Origin: Vicinamibacteria bacterium
Lineage (GTDB): Bacteria > Acidobacteriota > Vicinamibacteria > Marinacidobacterales > Marinacidobacteraceae
Direction of reading: 5' to 3'
Assembly: GCA_964291235.2 (NCBI GenBank)
Contig: OZ219815.1
Span: 352,001 to 416,000, forward strand
Length of the DNA: 64,000 bases
A model generated the notes under the pieces. It had not been told where the DNA came from and ran no database searches. It saw nothing but the letters and a program-made list of their open reading frames with translations. Below are positions 1-9,571 of the stretch, in pieces. The position numbers and the translations under genes are program-made. How positions within the stretch are numbered: the stretch's first letter is position 1; the number at the start of each line of letters is the position of its first letter.

Positions 1-1
1 C

Positions 2-871
2 CAGTCCGGCGACGAGATCCTCACCACCACCCAGGACTACGGGCGGATGCTCACCACCATCCGCCAGCGGGTGCGGCGCGAGGGCATCGATCTCAAGTTC
101 ATTCAGATCCCGACCCCGGCGGAGACCGACGAGGAGGTCGTGGAGGGGTTCAAGAACGCCATCAACGACCGCACCCGGATCATCCTGATGTCCCACCAGA
201 TCAACCTCACCGGGCAGATTCTGCCGGTGAAGGCGGTCTGCGACGTGGCCCGCGAGCGGGGCGTCGAGGTCATGGTGGACGGCGCGCACTCCTTCGCCCA
301 GTTCGACTTCAAGCAGGAGGACATCGGCTGCGACTACTTCGGCACGAGCCTCCACAAGTGGCTCCTCGCGCCCAAGGGAACCGGGATGCTCTACGTGAAG
401 AAGGACAAGATCCCCAAGATCTGGCCCATGATGCCGGCCCCCGAGCGGATGGACGCAGACATCCGCAAGTTCGAGGAGATCGGAACCCATCCCGCGGCCA
501 ACTTCGTGGCGGTCGGCGAAGCGATCACCTTCCACAACACGGTGGGCGCCAAGAACAAGGAGGCGCGGCTCCGCTATCTCAAAGACACCTGGGCGGACCG
601 CCTCTCGGCGCTTCCGAATACGGAACTCCACACCTCACGGAACCCCCAGTTGAGCTGCGCGATCGGCAACATCAACCTGACGACCATCGAGGCGCCCCGG
701 CTCCGCGATTATTTCTGGGAGAAGCACCACATCATCGTCACCCCCATCATGCACGAGGAGTTCCAGGGGCTCCGGATCACGCCGAACCTCTACACGACGA
801 TGGCCGAATTGGATTACTTCTGCAACGTGTACGAGGACGTCGCCCGGAACGGCCTCCCGAAGTCTGCCTGA
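2..871 (+). CDS. Class V PLP aminotransferase (isopenicillin-N epimerase/cysteine desulfurase-like), 5'-truncated by window
   Basis: VDGAHS and TSLHKWL (PLP lysine) motifs; frame open from the window edge. Confidence 0.85.
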   Translation, partial: QSGDEILTTTQDYGRMLTTIRQRVRREGIDLKFIQIPTPAETDEEVVEGFKNAINDRTRIILMSHQINLTGQILPVKAVCDVARERGVEVMVDGAHSFAQFDFKQEDIGCDYFGTSLHKWLLAPKGTGMLYVKKDKIPKIWPMMPAPERMDADIRKFEEIGTHPAANFVAVGEAITFHNTVGAKNKEARLRYLKDTWADRLSALPNTELHTSRNPQLSCAIGNINLTTIEAPRLRDYFWEKHHIIVTPIMHEEFQGLRITPNLYTTMAELDYFCNVYEDVARNGLPKSA

Positions 872-931
872 TCCCAGGATGAACGTCGGTCCCGACCCGG
901 CGCGCCGGAGGCAACAGCGGTTGTCCCGATA

Positions 932-2431
932 ATGCGTACCGCCGTCCCCCCCATCGCTGCCCCGGCGTTCCGTCAGTACGACCATAACCCGACGTTTTAC
1001 GACGAAATGTTCGAGACCGACGGGTCTCCGCGGGAGCACTGCGCCGATTTCTTCGAGACCATCCGGGAGACCCCGCCGGACGATCTCCGGCAGATTCAGG
1101 AACGGGTGACCCGCTCGTTCCTCCACGAAGGAATCACCTTCACCGTTTACGGTGACGAGCAGACCATCGAGCGTGTCTTCCCGATTGACTGCCTCCCGCG
1201 GATCGTGCGCGGCGACGCCTGGGATGCGGTGGCTCGCGGGCTCGAACAGCGGCTCCGGGCGCTGAACCTCTTCCTCCACGACATCTACCACCGGGGTCTC
1301 ATCATCAGGGACGGAGTGATTCCCGCCGAGCTGGTCTACGGCAACAAGCACTACCGGATCGAGATGCGGGGCGTGGAGGTGCCGCACGGGGCCTATGTCT
1401 CCGTCTGCGGCACCGACCTGGTGCGCACCCACGACGGATTCGCGGTCCTTGAAGACAACCTGCGGGTGCCGTCCGGCGTCAGCTACATGCTCGCCTGCCG
1501 GGACGCCATCAAACGCAGCATGCCGCGGCTCTTCCGGCGCTCGCGGGTCCGCGACGTGGAGCAGTACAGCCGTCTGCTGCTCGCCACCCTCCGGTCGCTG
1601 GCGCCGTCCCAGGTAAGCGACCCCAGCATCGTGTTGCTCACCCCCGGCGTTTACAACTCGGCGTACTACGAGCACGCGTTCCTGGCCCGGCAGATGGGGA
1701 TCGAACTCGTGGAGGGACGCGATCTGCTGGTGCACAACCGGCGGGTTTTCATGCGGACCACCGCCGGGCTGCGGCAGGTGGACGTGATCTACCGCCGCAT
1801 CGACGACGACTTCATCGACCCGCTCACGTTCCGCGAGGACTCGGTGCTGGGGGTGCCGGGACTGTTCCACGCCTTCCGCGCGGGCCGGGTAGTGATCGCG
1901 AACGCCCCGGGGACCGGGGTGGCGGACGACAAAGCGGTCTACGCGTACGTCCCTCGCATCATCAAGTACTACCTGGGCGAGGAACCGCTCCTCGACTCCA
2001 TCCCGACCACCCTCTGCCGCGAGCCCGAAGGGCTTTCGTACACCCTCGCCAATCTGGACAAACTGGTCGTGAAGATGGTGGGAGAGTCCGGCGGCTACGG
2101 GATGCTGGTCGGGCCCCACGCGTCGGGCGCGGAGCAGAAGGAATTCGCCGCGGCGCTCCGGGAGAACCCGACGAACTACATCTCCCAACCGACGCTCGCC
2201 CTGTCACGGGCGCCCTGTCTCGTCGGAGCGCATGTCGAGCCCCGCCACGTGGACCTGAGGCCTTTCATTCTCCAGGCGGATCAGACCCGGATCGTCCCGG
2301 GAGGACTCTGCCGCGTCGCGCTCAAGAAGGGAAGCCTGGTGGTGAACTCCAGCCAGGGCGGCGGCTCCAAGGACGCCTGGATCGTGGATGCCCCCGAAAC
2401 GAATCGGAAACCCGCCTCCACCGACACCTGA
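932..2431 (+). CDS. Circularly permuted ATP-grasp type 2 protein (DUF404/407)
   Basis: EDNLRVPSGVSY, NAPGTGVADDKA, VVNSSQGGGSKD motifs. Confidence 0.93.
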   Translation: MRTAVPPIAAPAFRQYDHNPTFYDEMFETDGSPREHCADFFETIRETPPDDLRQIQERVTRSFLHEGITFTVYGDEQTIERVFPIDCLPRIVRGDAWDAVARGLEQRLRALNLFLHDIYHRGLIIRDGVIPAELVYGNKHYRIEMRGVEVPHGAYVSVCGTDLVRTHDGFAVLEDNLRVPSGVSYMLACRDAIKRSMPRLFRRSRVRDVEQYSRLLLATLRSLAPSQVSDPSIVLLTPGVYNSAYYEHAFLARQMGIELVEGRDLLVHNRRVFMRTTAGLRQVDVIYRRIDDDFIDPLTFREDSVLGVPGLFHAFRAGRVVIANAPGTGVADDKAVYAYVPRIIKYYLGEEPLLDSIPTTLCREPEGLSYTLANLDKLVVKMVGESGGYGMLVGPHASGAEQKEFAAALRENPTNYISQPTLALSRAPCLVGAHVEPRHVDLRPFILQADQTRIVPGGLCRVALKKGSLVVNSSQGGGSKDAWIVDAPETNRKPASTDT

Positions 2432-2433
2432 TC

Positions 2434-3414
2434 ATGCTCGCCCGGGTCGCCGACAACCTCTACTGGATGAGCCGCTACCTCGAGCGGGCGGACCAGACCA
2501 TCCGGCTCCTCGGAGTCCAGGTCCGTTCGGTAACCGACAACACCTCCGCCCAGGTCGCGGCCGGCTGGACCCGCCTGTTCCGCAGCCTGCAGGTGACGCC
2601 GCCAGGCGGGGACCCGCTCTACAGCGACCAGCTCGAAGACACCTTCCTCCTCGCCGACGCCTACACGCTCGCGGATTTCATGAGCTTCGAGAGCGACAAC
2701 CCCGGCTCGATGGTGTCGCTCTGGGGCATGTCGCGGGAGAACGCCCGGCAGGCGCGGCAGGAGATCACCCAGGAGATGTGGGGACAGCTCAATCGAACCT
2801 ACCTCTCCCTCCGGGAAACGCAACTCCACTATTTCTGGACCAAGGAGCCCGAGACCTTCTACAAGGACACCTCGGCCCAGATCTATCTCTTCCGCGGGGT
2901 AACCGACAACGGCCTCCGGCACGGGCTCGCCTGGGATTTCATCCGGCTCGGCCGTTTCATGGAACGCATCCAGGTGACCACCAGGATCCTCGACAGCTAC
3001 CGCCCCGCTCTCGACGATCAGGAGACGGACCTGGACTGGTCGTTGCTCCTCCGGAACTGCGCGAGCTTTGAGCCCTACTGCCGGCACTACACGCCAGCCA
3101 TCGATCCCTGGAAGGTGATGACCTTCCTCATCCACGAACCGGAGTCGCCCCATACGCTCCGCTTCGCCGCCGAGGAGATCAGAAACGGCCTCGGCCGGAT
3201 CGATCCGGCGGGTGGCGCCCGCCACCCGCTACAGTCGGCGCACCGAATCGCCGGGCAACTCCGGGCGCTGCTCGCCTACGGATCCCAGGAACGGGAGGAC
3301 CTGGCCACCACGCTCGCCGAGGTGCGCCGGCTTTCCCGCGACCTCCACAACGAGATCTACCGCCGCTACATCTTCTATCCGGCAGACCAGGCGCTGACGG
3401 GAAGGCGGACGTAG
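2434..3414 (+). CDS. Alpha-E domain protein (DUF403)
   Basis: MLARVADNLYWMSRYLERA and LGRFMER (two ER motifs); follows the ATP-grasp gene. Confidence 0.92.
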   Translation: MLARVADNLYWMSRYLERADQTIRLLGVQVRSVTDNTSAQVAAGWTRLFRSLQVTPPGGDPLYSDQLEDTFLLADAYTLADFMSFESDNPGSMVSLWGMSRENARQARQEITQEMWGQLNRTYLSLRETQLHYFWTKEPETFYKDTSAQIYLFRGVTDNGLRHGLAWDFIRLGRFMERIQVTTRILDSYRPALDDQETDLDWSLLLRNCASFEPYCRHYTPAIDPWKVMTFLIHEPESPHTLRFAAEEIRNGLGRIDPAGGARHPLQSAHRIAGQLRALLAYGSQEREDLATTLAEVRRLSRDLHNEIYRRYIFYPADQALTGRRT

Positions 3415-3421
3415 ACAGCCG

Positions 3422-4354
3422 ATGGCCCCCGAATCCACCCTTTACCGCGTCGAGCACGTCACCCGGTTCCGGTACTCCGAACCGATCCGCGAATCCGTCG
3501 TCACCCTCTACCTGGAACCGCGGAGCGACTCGGCCCAACACCTTGAGTCCTTCCAGATCCTCACGGATCCGGGGGCCGAACTCGGCAGTTATGAGGACTG
3601 CTTCGGGAACGCGGTCCATTTCTTCGACGTACCCGGCGAACACGACCAATTGACGGTTACCGCGCGGTCGCTCGTAGCTCTGCACGCGAACGACCCCGAT
3701 GACGCGGCCACCGTCGGGGCGGGGTGGGACTCCATGGGTGCGTTGGAGACTCCTTCCACGTGGCACCTGCTCCACCCCACCTCGCTGACTCGGCCGACTC
3801 CCGCCCTCGCCAGCTTCGCTGCCCGTCACGGGATCGAGCGCCGCGAAACACCCCTGGCCTCGATCCGGGACTTGACGGCCCGTATTCATGACGCCCTCGC
3901 CTTCGAGCGGGGGCGGACCCGCGTGGATTCGCCGATCGACGACGCGCTGGCCGCCGAGAGCGGTGTGTGCCAGGACTTCTCCCACATCATGCTCGCCATC
4001 GTGCGAGGCTGGGGAATCCCCGCCCAATACGTTTCCGGCTATCTCTTTCCGGTCCGGGGGGAGAGGGAACAGGCGCTGGCGGAGGCCAGCCACGCATGGA
4101 TCGAGTGCCTGCTGCCCGGAGTGGGCTGGGTGGGGGCGGATCCCACGAACAACACCGTTGCTCCCGGGCATCACATCCGGGTCGCGAGGGGTCGCGACTA
4201 TCGCGACGTGCCCCCCACGCGGGGCACTTTTCGGGGCGGCGCTCAGCAACAACTCGAGGTGTGCGTCAACATCGCCGCCGTGGAGACGGAACCCTCCGGC
4301 GGTCCCACCCGGCTGGAGGGCGCGACACTCAAAAGCCCACTAGCGATAGAGTAG
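3422..4354 (+). CDS. Transglutaminase family protein
   Basis: GVCQDFSH, SHAW and DPTNN catalytic triad motifs; RGRDYRDVPP. Confidence 0.92.
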   Translation: MAPESTLYRVEHVTRFRYSEPIRESVVTLYLEPRSDSAQHLESFQILTDPGAELGSYEDCFGNAVHFFDVPGEHDQLTVTARSLVALHANDPDDAATVGAGWDSMGALETPSTWHLLHPTSLTRPTPALASFAARHGIERRETPLASIRDLTARIHDALAFERGRTRVDSPIDDALAAESGVCQDFSHIMLAIVRGWGIPAQYVSGYLFPVRGEREQALAEASHAWIECLLPGVGWVGADPTNNTVAPGHHIRVARGRDYRDVPPTRGTFRGGAQQQLEVCVNIAAVETEPSGGPTRLEGATLKSPLAIE

Positions 4355-4362
4355 CCCCCCCG

Positions 4363-4839
4363 ATGGCACGCAGGCGCGGCTCCGGCGGAAGGACGGGCGC
4401 TCCGGCTTTCTCCTTCAAGCTGGAGAAGGATCTGGCCGAGCTCAGTCAGATGCTCGTGGCTCTTGAGGAGTTCGCGGGCACGCATGGTGTGGCGCCACTC
4501 CAAACCCAGCGAATCACCCTCTCGGTTGACGAGTTGGTCACCAACATCATCAAGTATGGAACGAGGAACCTCGAAGACGCCCACATCCACCTGTGGGCCA
4601 CGATCGCGGACAAGACCTTCCACATCGAGATCGAAGATCACGGGATACCATTCGACCCGTTTCACGAGGCGCCGGTCCCCGACACGACTCTCCCCCTTGA
4701 GGAGAGGCCAATCGGTGGACTCGGTGTTTTTCTCGTTCAGTCCTTGATGACGACTACCCATTACGAACGGATCAAGGATCGAAACCGGATCACACTGACC
4801 CGGTCGCTTTCAGCCGGCGACCAGGAGGAAAACTCATGA
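4363..4839 (+). CDS. Anti-sigma factor / RsbW-like ATP-binding protein
   Basis: DELVTNIIKYG, DHGIPFDP, GGLGVFLV (HATPase_c_2); ATG at 4363 chosen within ORF 3967-4839. Confidence 0.85.
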   Translation: MARRRGSGGRTGAPAFSFKLEKDLAELSQMLVALEEFAGTHGVAPLQTQRITLSVDELVTNIIKYGTRNLEDAHIHLWATIADKTFHIEIEDHGIPFDPFHEAPVPDTTLPLEERPIGGLGVFLVQSLMTTTHYERIKDRNRITLTRSLSAGDQEENS

Positions 4840-5174
4840 ATCTGACGGATGAAACGAAGAACGGAGTGCTCGTGCTGTCGCCCGAGGGGCGTATCGACAC
4901 CCGCACGAGCAGCGAGTTCGAGCAGGCGGTGATGGCGCACGCGGTCGGGCCGGAGGGCGCCACCCAGGTGGTGATGAATTTCGGCCGGTTGGACTACATC
5001 AACTCGACGGGGATGCGCGTCCTGCTGATCCTCGCCAAGCGGTTGGCCGGCGTGAAGGGAAGGCTGGTGCTCTGCGAGATGAAGGAGCACATCCTCGAAG
5101 TCTTCAAGATCAGCGGTTTCAACCAGATCCTGACGATTACCGATTCCGAAGACGAAGCGCTCAAGCGCTTCTAG
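4836..5174 (+). CDS. STAS domain anti-sigma factor antagonist (RsbV-like)
   Basis: GRID...LDYINSTGMRVL with phosphoacceptor Ser; SD AGGAGG; 4-bp overlap with upstream gene. Confidence 0.9.
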   Translation: MNLTDETKNGVLVLSPEGRIDTRTSSEFEQAVMAHAVGPEGATQVVMNFGRLDYINSTGMRVLLILAKRLAGVKGRLVLCEMKEHILEVFKISGFNQILTITDSEDEALKRF

Positions 5175-5368
5175 CGGCAGCCCGATTCCGGGGCAGGCTG
5201 CGCCGGCGTTGGGGGCCGGGAACGACGCCCCCGCCGGACCCCGGAATCGAGATTACAGAGTGACGTGACACGCGGTACACCTGCGCGGGAAACAACACCC
5301 GCGCCGGACACCCGAGTTCGTGGGTACACCGCGACGCCGACGATCCGGAGCCGGACCGGCAGCTCCCG

Positions 5369-5629
5369 CTACCGCGCGGGCGGCGCTTCGTCGTTCGGGT
5401 CGGGGCCGGACGCCACCACCCGGACGGCGCGGGCGCGGTAACCCCCCGGGATCTTGAGCAGCTCGAACTCCACTACCTGACCCTCGATCAGGAAGCCCGG
5501 TTGCGAGTCCAACAGCGCGTTGCTTGGCACGTGCACGTCCGGTCCTTCGAAGCGCTGGATGAAACCCTCACCCCGGCGGCGGTCGTACCACTTCACGACT
5601 CCTTCGGCCATGGCCGTGGATTCTGACAC
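5369..5629 (-). CDS. Cold-shock domain protein (divergent)
   Basis: GVVKWYD..RGEGFI...DVHV, EGQVVEF; alternative ATG at 5611. Confidence 0.8.
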   Translation of the reverse strand: MSESTAMAEGVVKWYDRRRGEGFIQRFEGPDVHVPSNALLDSQPGFLIEGQVVEFELLKIPGGYRARAVRVVASGPDPNDEAPPAR

Positions 5630-5641
5630 GGCCGAGAGCGG

Positions 5642-6631
5642 TCAGGAGGACGATTCGACGGGCTTGCCCCAATCCGTGTGCGGAGCCCGATTCCGGCCAA
5701 ACCACTGCCAGAGGAGCCTTCCGTAGCTGGTGGGACGGGCTCCGATCTCGTCGAAGAAGGGCCGCAACAGGAAGTGCAGCGCCCGGAGGTTGTAAAACGG
5801 CACCCGCGGGAAGTAGTGGTGTTCGAGGTGGTAGCCGGACCACAGGAAGGCCATGTCCCAGAACCGTGACGGGCGCAGCAGGCTCCCCCAGCGCGCCGGA
5901 TCTTCCGGCACGATGTCGTAGTGCTGGCCCAACCGGTTCACGGTGAAGGCGACGGGAAAGACCAGAAACACCGGAACGAGGTAGGCCTTCAACGCCGCGA
6001 AGAAGCCGCCGGCCGCGATCAGTCCCGCGATGATCGCCAGATGCCCCGCGACCGTGAGCGTCCGCTCCCGGGAGATGGCGCGCCGGATGTCCTCCGGGTA
6101 GCCGGCCGACTCCCGCCGGGCGGCGCGGAAATAGATCGGGATGAGCGCCGGGGTCAGGTAGAGGGCCTTGAACCAGCGGGCGTTTCGCTTTGGGGACAAC
6201 CAGTGCCGTTTCGGATCCGCCTCGGCGTCCCCGAGCTGGGCGTGATGATCGAGATGCCAGCGGGTGAACTGGGTTGCCGAGATTCCGCTCGGAAACGCGT
6301 ACAGGTGGCGGAGCACCCGGTGGCCGGCATGTCCGCCGGCCTCGAAGACGAGTTCGTGCACGACTTCGTGCAGCATCACCGTGAAGTTGAAGACCGTAAA
6401 CCCGACGACCAGAGCGGCCGGGATCCAGATCCACCAATCGGGAGCGAGCCAGGCGACCGCGCCCGCGCCGAAGAGCAGCAGGAACTGCCACCCCAGCACC
6501 AGGAAATGCAGGAGCGGCCGCCGCCGGTGCAGCCGGCGCAACTCCTCCGCGGGCACCGCCGCGGCCAGCCGGGCGCGAAGCTCACCCGTCCGATCGGCCC
6601 AGTACGAACGTCTTCTGGCTACGGGTTCCAT
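5642..6631 (-). CDS. Membrane fatty acid desaturase family protein
   Basis: His boxes HEVVH, HLDHH, HLEHH; ATG at 6631 has SD GGAGG. Confidence 0.88.
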   Translation of the reverse strand: MEPVARRRSYWADRTGELRARLAAAVPAEELRRLHRRRPLLHFLVLGWQFLLLFGAGAVAWLAPDWWIWIPAALVVGFTVFNFTVMLHEVVHELVFEAGGHAGHRVLRHLYAFPSGISATQFTRWHLDHHAQLGDAEADPKRHWLSPKRNARWFKALYLTPALIPIYFRAARRESAGYPEDIRRAISRERTLTVAGHLAIIAGLIAAGGFFAALKAYLVPVFLVFPVAFTVNRLGQHYDIVPEDPARWGSLLRPSRFWDMAFLWSGYHLEHHYFPRVPFYNLRALHFLLRPFFDEIGARPTSYGRLLWQWFGRNRAPHTDWGKPVESSS

Positions 6632-6726
6632 GCCCTCCGGGCATGGTACTTCCGGGGCCGCCGCCCCGGCGTCCGCGGTGGGGCGCACTATGATCGTTTT
6701 CGGCCAGCCAACCCGGGAGGAACCTC

Positions 6727-8526
6727 ATCACCGCGCACCGCGCCCGTTCGTTCCCGCCCAGCCGGGCGCGCAGAGCAGCACCCGGGAGCGGCTCCGATCT
6801 GGCCGGCGCCTGCGGCCGCCTCGATGGGCGCGGATACCCGGCCTACCGGGATCTCGAGGGGGAATGGCGGCTCGGCGACGGGATCACGATGTTCGTGGAC
6901 CGGGTGGCCCGCGATCCCTTCGCACCCCCCTCGCGCATTCGGATTCGGATGGACGGGGCGGTTGCCGGCCTTTGCCCCGCCTTGTTCTCGAACCGGATCC
7001 GGCGGGTGGCCCTGGCCGATTTCCTGGCCCGCCAATTCCGCGCGGCGGTTCCCCGGTCCGGTAGTCCGACGGGTTCCGGCCACAGCGGGCAGATCCGCAT
7101 CGACGCGGGCGGCCAGGAGGCACTGGAACGCACCGCGGTCCGCGTTTCGGGGGATGCGGCCGGCCTGGACTTCGTCGAAGCCCGCATCGAGGTCGGCCTG
7201 CCGGCGGCCGGACGCCGCATCCTCGGGCGCCGGGCCGCGGACCTGCTGACCGGGGAACTCCCGAGGGTGGCCCGGAAGGCGCTCACCCGCGGGAGCCTCC
7301 CCGCGGGGGCGGCGGAGTCCTTTGTGGACACCATCGAAGAGCAGGAGCACCTGCGCGCCGAACTCAGCAGCCGGAAGCTCGTCGCGTTCGTGGCCGACGG
7401 GGCGCTTCTCCCCCGGGCGCACGGCGCGAGCGAACAACCGCTCCGGGGCGACGGGGTCGTCCCCTTCGAGAGCCCGGCCTCGCTGCGAACGAGCCTTCCC
7501 CTGCTCCATCCTGGAAGCGGTCCTCGCGAGATCTCCGGCATGGGCATTCCCGAGGGCGTGACCCTGATCGTGGGCGGCGGCTTCCACGGCAAGTCAACCC
7601 TGCTCCAGGCGCTTTCCCGCTCGGTGGCGCCGCACGTGCCGGGAGACGGACGGGAACGGGTCGCAACGCGCGGCGACGCGGTCACCATTCGCGCCGAGGA
7701 GGGGCGGGCGGTTGCTGCGGTGGACGTGAGTCCCTTCATCCGCGAACTGCCCGGAGGCCGGCCGACCGCCGCCTTCACCACCGAAAACGCCAGTGGCAGT
7801 ACCAGCCAGGCGGCCTCCATCGTCGAAGCGCTGGAGGCGGGTTCCCGACTCCTGCTCATGGACGAGGACACCTCCGCCACCAACCTGATGATTCGGGATG
7901 CCCGGATGCAGGCGCTGGTGGCGCGCGACGCGGAGCCCATCGTCGCCCTCCTCGATCGCGTGCGGGAACTCTTCGAAGACCACGGGGTCTCCACCATCCT
8001 GGTCATGGGGGGCTCCGGGGACTACTTCGACGCCGCCGACACCGTGATCCAGTTGGCGGACTACCACCCGCGCGAAGTCACCGCCCGGGCGCGCGACGTC
8101 GCCGCGCAGTTCCCGACCCGCCGGTCAGCAGAGGCCGGCGCCGCCGGATTCTGCCGGCAGGCCCGGTGTCCTGATCCGCGGAGCTTCGATCCCGCCGGGC
8201 GCAAGGGGAGCCCGCGAATCCGGGCGACCCGCCGTGATCTCCTGCTCTACGGAGCGGAGGAAGTGGACCTCAGGGCGGTGGAACAGTTGTTCGACGAGAG
8301 CCAGACGCGGGCCGCCGGGTACGCTTTGGCCACCGCCGCGGGAGATCTCGCCGGCCGCTCGGTGGGCGGACTGCTCGACGCCCTCGAAGCCCGGCTCGAC
8401 GAGGCGGGGCTCGAATCCCTCACCCCCGAGGGCCGCGCGGGCGCGCATCCCGGCCGCCTTGCCCGTCCCCGGCGCTACGAAATCGCCGCCGCGCTGAACC
8501 GGCTGCGGCGGGGCCGTTTCACGTGA
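6727..8526 (+). CDS. ABC-class ATPase domain protein (ABC_ATPase family); start probably non-canonical ATC at 6727, first ATG at 6889
   Basis: GGGFHGKST Walker A, NASGSTSQA, LLMDEDTSATN; family-like LDGRGYPAYRDL lies upstream of the first ATG. Confidence 0.8.
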   Translation: MTAHRARSFPPSRARRAAPGSGSDLAGACGRLDGRGYPAYRDLEGEWRLGDGITMFVDRVARDPFAPPSRIRIRMDGAVAGLCPALFSNRIRRVALADFLARQFRAAVPRSGSPTGSGHSGQIRIDAGGQEALERTAVRVSGDAAGLDFVEARIEVGLPAAGRRILGRRAADLLTGELPRVARKALTRGSLPAGAAESFVDTIEEQEHLRAELSSRKLVAFVADGALLPRAHGASEQPLRGDGVVPFESPASLRTSLPLLHPGSGPREISGMGIPEGVTLIVGGGFHGKSTLLQALSRSVAPHVPGDGRERVATRGDAVTIRAEEGRAVAAVDVSPFIRELPGGRPTAAFTTENASGSTSQAASIVEALEAGSRLLLMDEDTSATNLMIRDARMQALVARDAEPIVALLDRVRELFEDHGVSTILVMGGSGDYFDAADTVIQLADYHPREVTARARDVAAQFPTRRSAEAGAAGFCRQARCPDPRSFDPAGRKGSPRIRATRRDLLLYGAEEVDLRAVEQLFDESQTRAAGYALATAAGDLAGRSVGGLLDALEARLDEAGLESLTPEGRAGAHPGRLARPRRYEIAAALNRLRRGRFT

Positions 8527-8572
8527 GCCAGCCGGCTCGCAACCAGCCAATCGCTCCCCAGGAGGAATCGAC

Positions 8573-9511
8573 ATGTCCAGGAAAACCCTCGCCCTTGCCG
8601 TCATCGGAGCCATCCTCGGCGCGCTCTTGACGGCGGGTCCCCTCAGCGCCCAGACGAACCCGCTCCGGGGCGAAGCGAAGATCAAGAACTACCTGCCGCA
8701 CATGAGCTGGACGGAGGTGGAGGATCTCCTCACCCGCACCGACATGGTGCTCATGCCGGTGGGTTCCCTCGAGCAGCACGGGCCGCACCTCCCGATCGGC
8801 ACCGACTTCCTGAACGGTATGGAGCGCGCCAAGCTCGTGGCCCAGCGCACCGACGTGCTGGTGGCCCCGATCCTCTTCGTGGGCAACGCGCCCTATCACC
8901 TGGGCTTTCCGGGAACGGTCAGCCTGCCGGCCGAAACGATCCAGCAGGTCTATTTCGAGGCCGCGCAGAGCCTGATGCGGCACGGCTTCCGGCGGTTCCT
9001 GATCCTGAACTCGCACGGGGGCAATCGCGTCATCTCTCAGTACATCGCCGACCGCATCAACCACGAGACGGAGGGGATCGCCGTCGAACTCGGGGCGGCG
9101 TCAGGACCGTTTCGCGAGGAGACCCCTTCGGAGTCCCCTTCCGAGGAGACCGTTTTCGATCGACACGGAGGCGTGGGCGAGACGTCCAGCTCGCTCTACC
9201 TCATCCCCGATCTCGTGGATCTGGCAAGGGCGCGGACCGCGACCCTCACCATGCCGGAGCACCTCGAACGGATGGTTCCCGAGGTGGTCGCGGGCGATCC
9301 CACCGCGCTGAGGGTGTTTCTTGCCGAGAACCTGAAGGCCGAGGAGACCGGCAAGGGCACGTCCGCCCGGGAAGTCACCGATACCGGTGTCTGGAGCGTG
9401 CGCGATCTGGAGGCATCGAGCGTGGAGCGCGGGCGGCGGGAGGCCGAAGCGTTCATCGATGCCGCGGTCGCGTTCATCGAACGCTGGAAGGAACTGAGGC
9501 CGCGGGAGTGA
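8573..9511 (+). CDS. Creatininase/creatinine amidohydrolase family protein with signal peptide
   Basis: PVGSLEQHGPHLPIGTD, NSHGGN, HGGVGETS motifs; hydrophobic N-terminus. Confidence 0.9.
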   Translation: MSRKTLALAVIGAILGALLTAGPLSAQTNPLRGEAKIKNYLPHMSWTEVEDLLTRTDMVLMPVGSLEQHGPHLPIGTDFLNGMERAKLVAQRTDVLVAPILFVGNAPYHLGFPGTVSLPAETIQQVYFEAAQSLMRHGFRRFLILNSHGGNRVISQYIADRINHETEGIAVELGAASGPFREETPSESPSEETVFDRHGGVGETSSSLYLIPDLVDLARARTATLTMPEHLERMVPEVVAGDPTALRVFLAENLKAEETGKGTSAREVTDTGVWSVRDLEASSVERGRREAEAFIDAAVAFIERWKELRPRE

Positions 9512-9571
9512 TCGCTTCCGAGGCGTGAGCCCACAGGCTGCTAGCTTTCCCACCCTCCGAAGGACGACCCC

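Noticed and set aside
5271-5304. Type I-E CRISPR repeat-like sequence (TTCCCGCGCAGG on the minus strand)
   Set aside because: Single partial match; better explained as part of a hairpin
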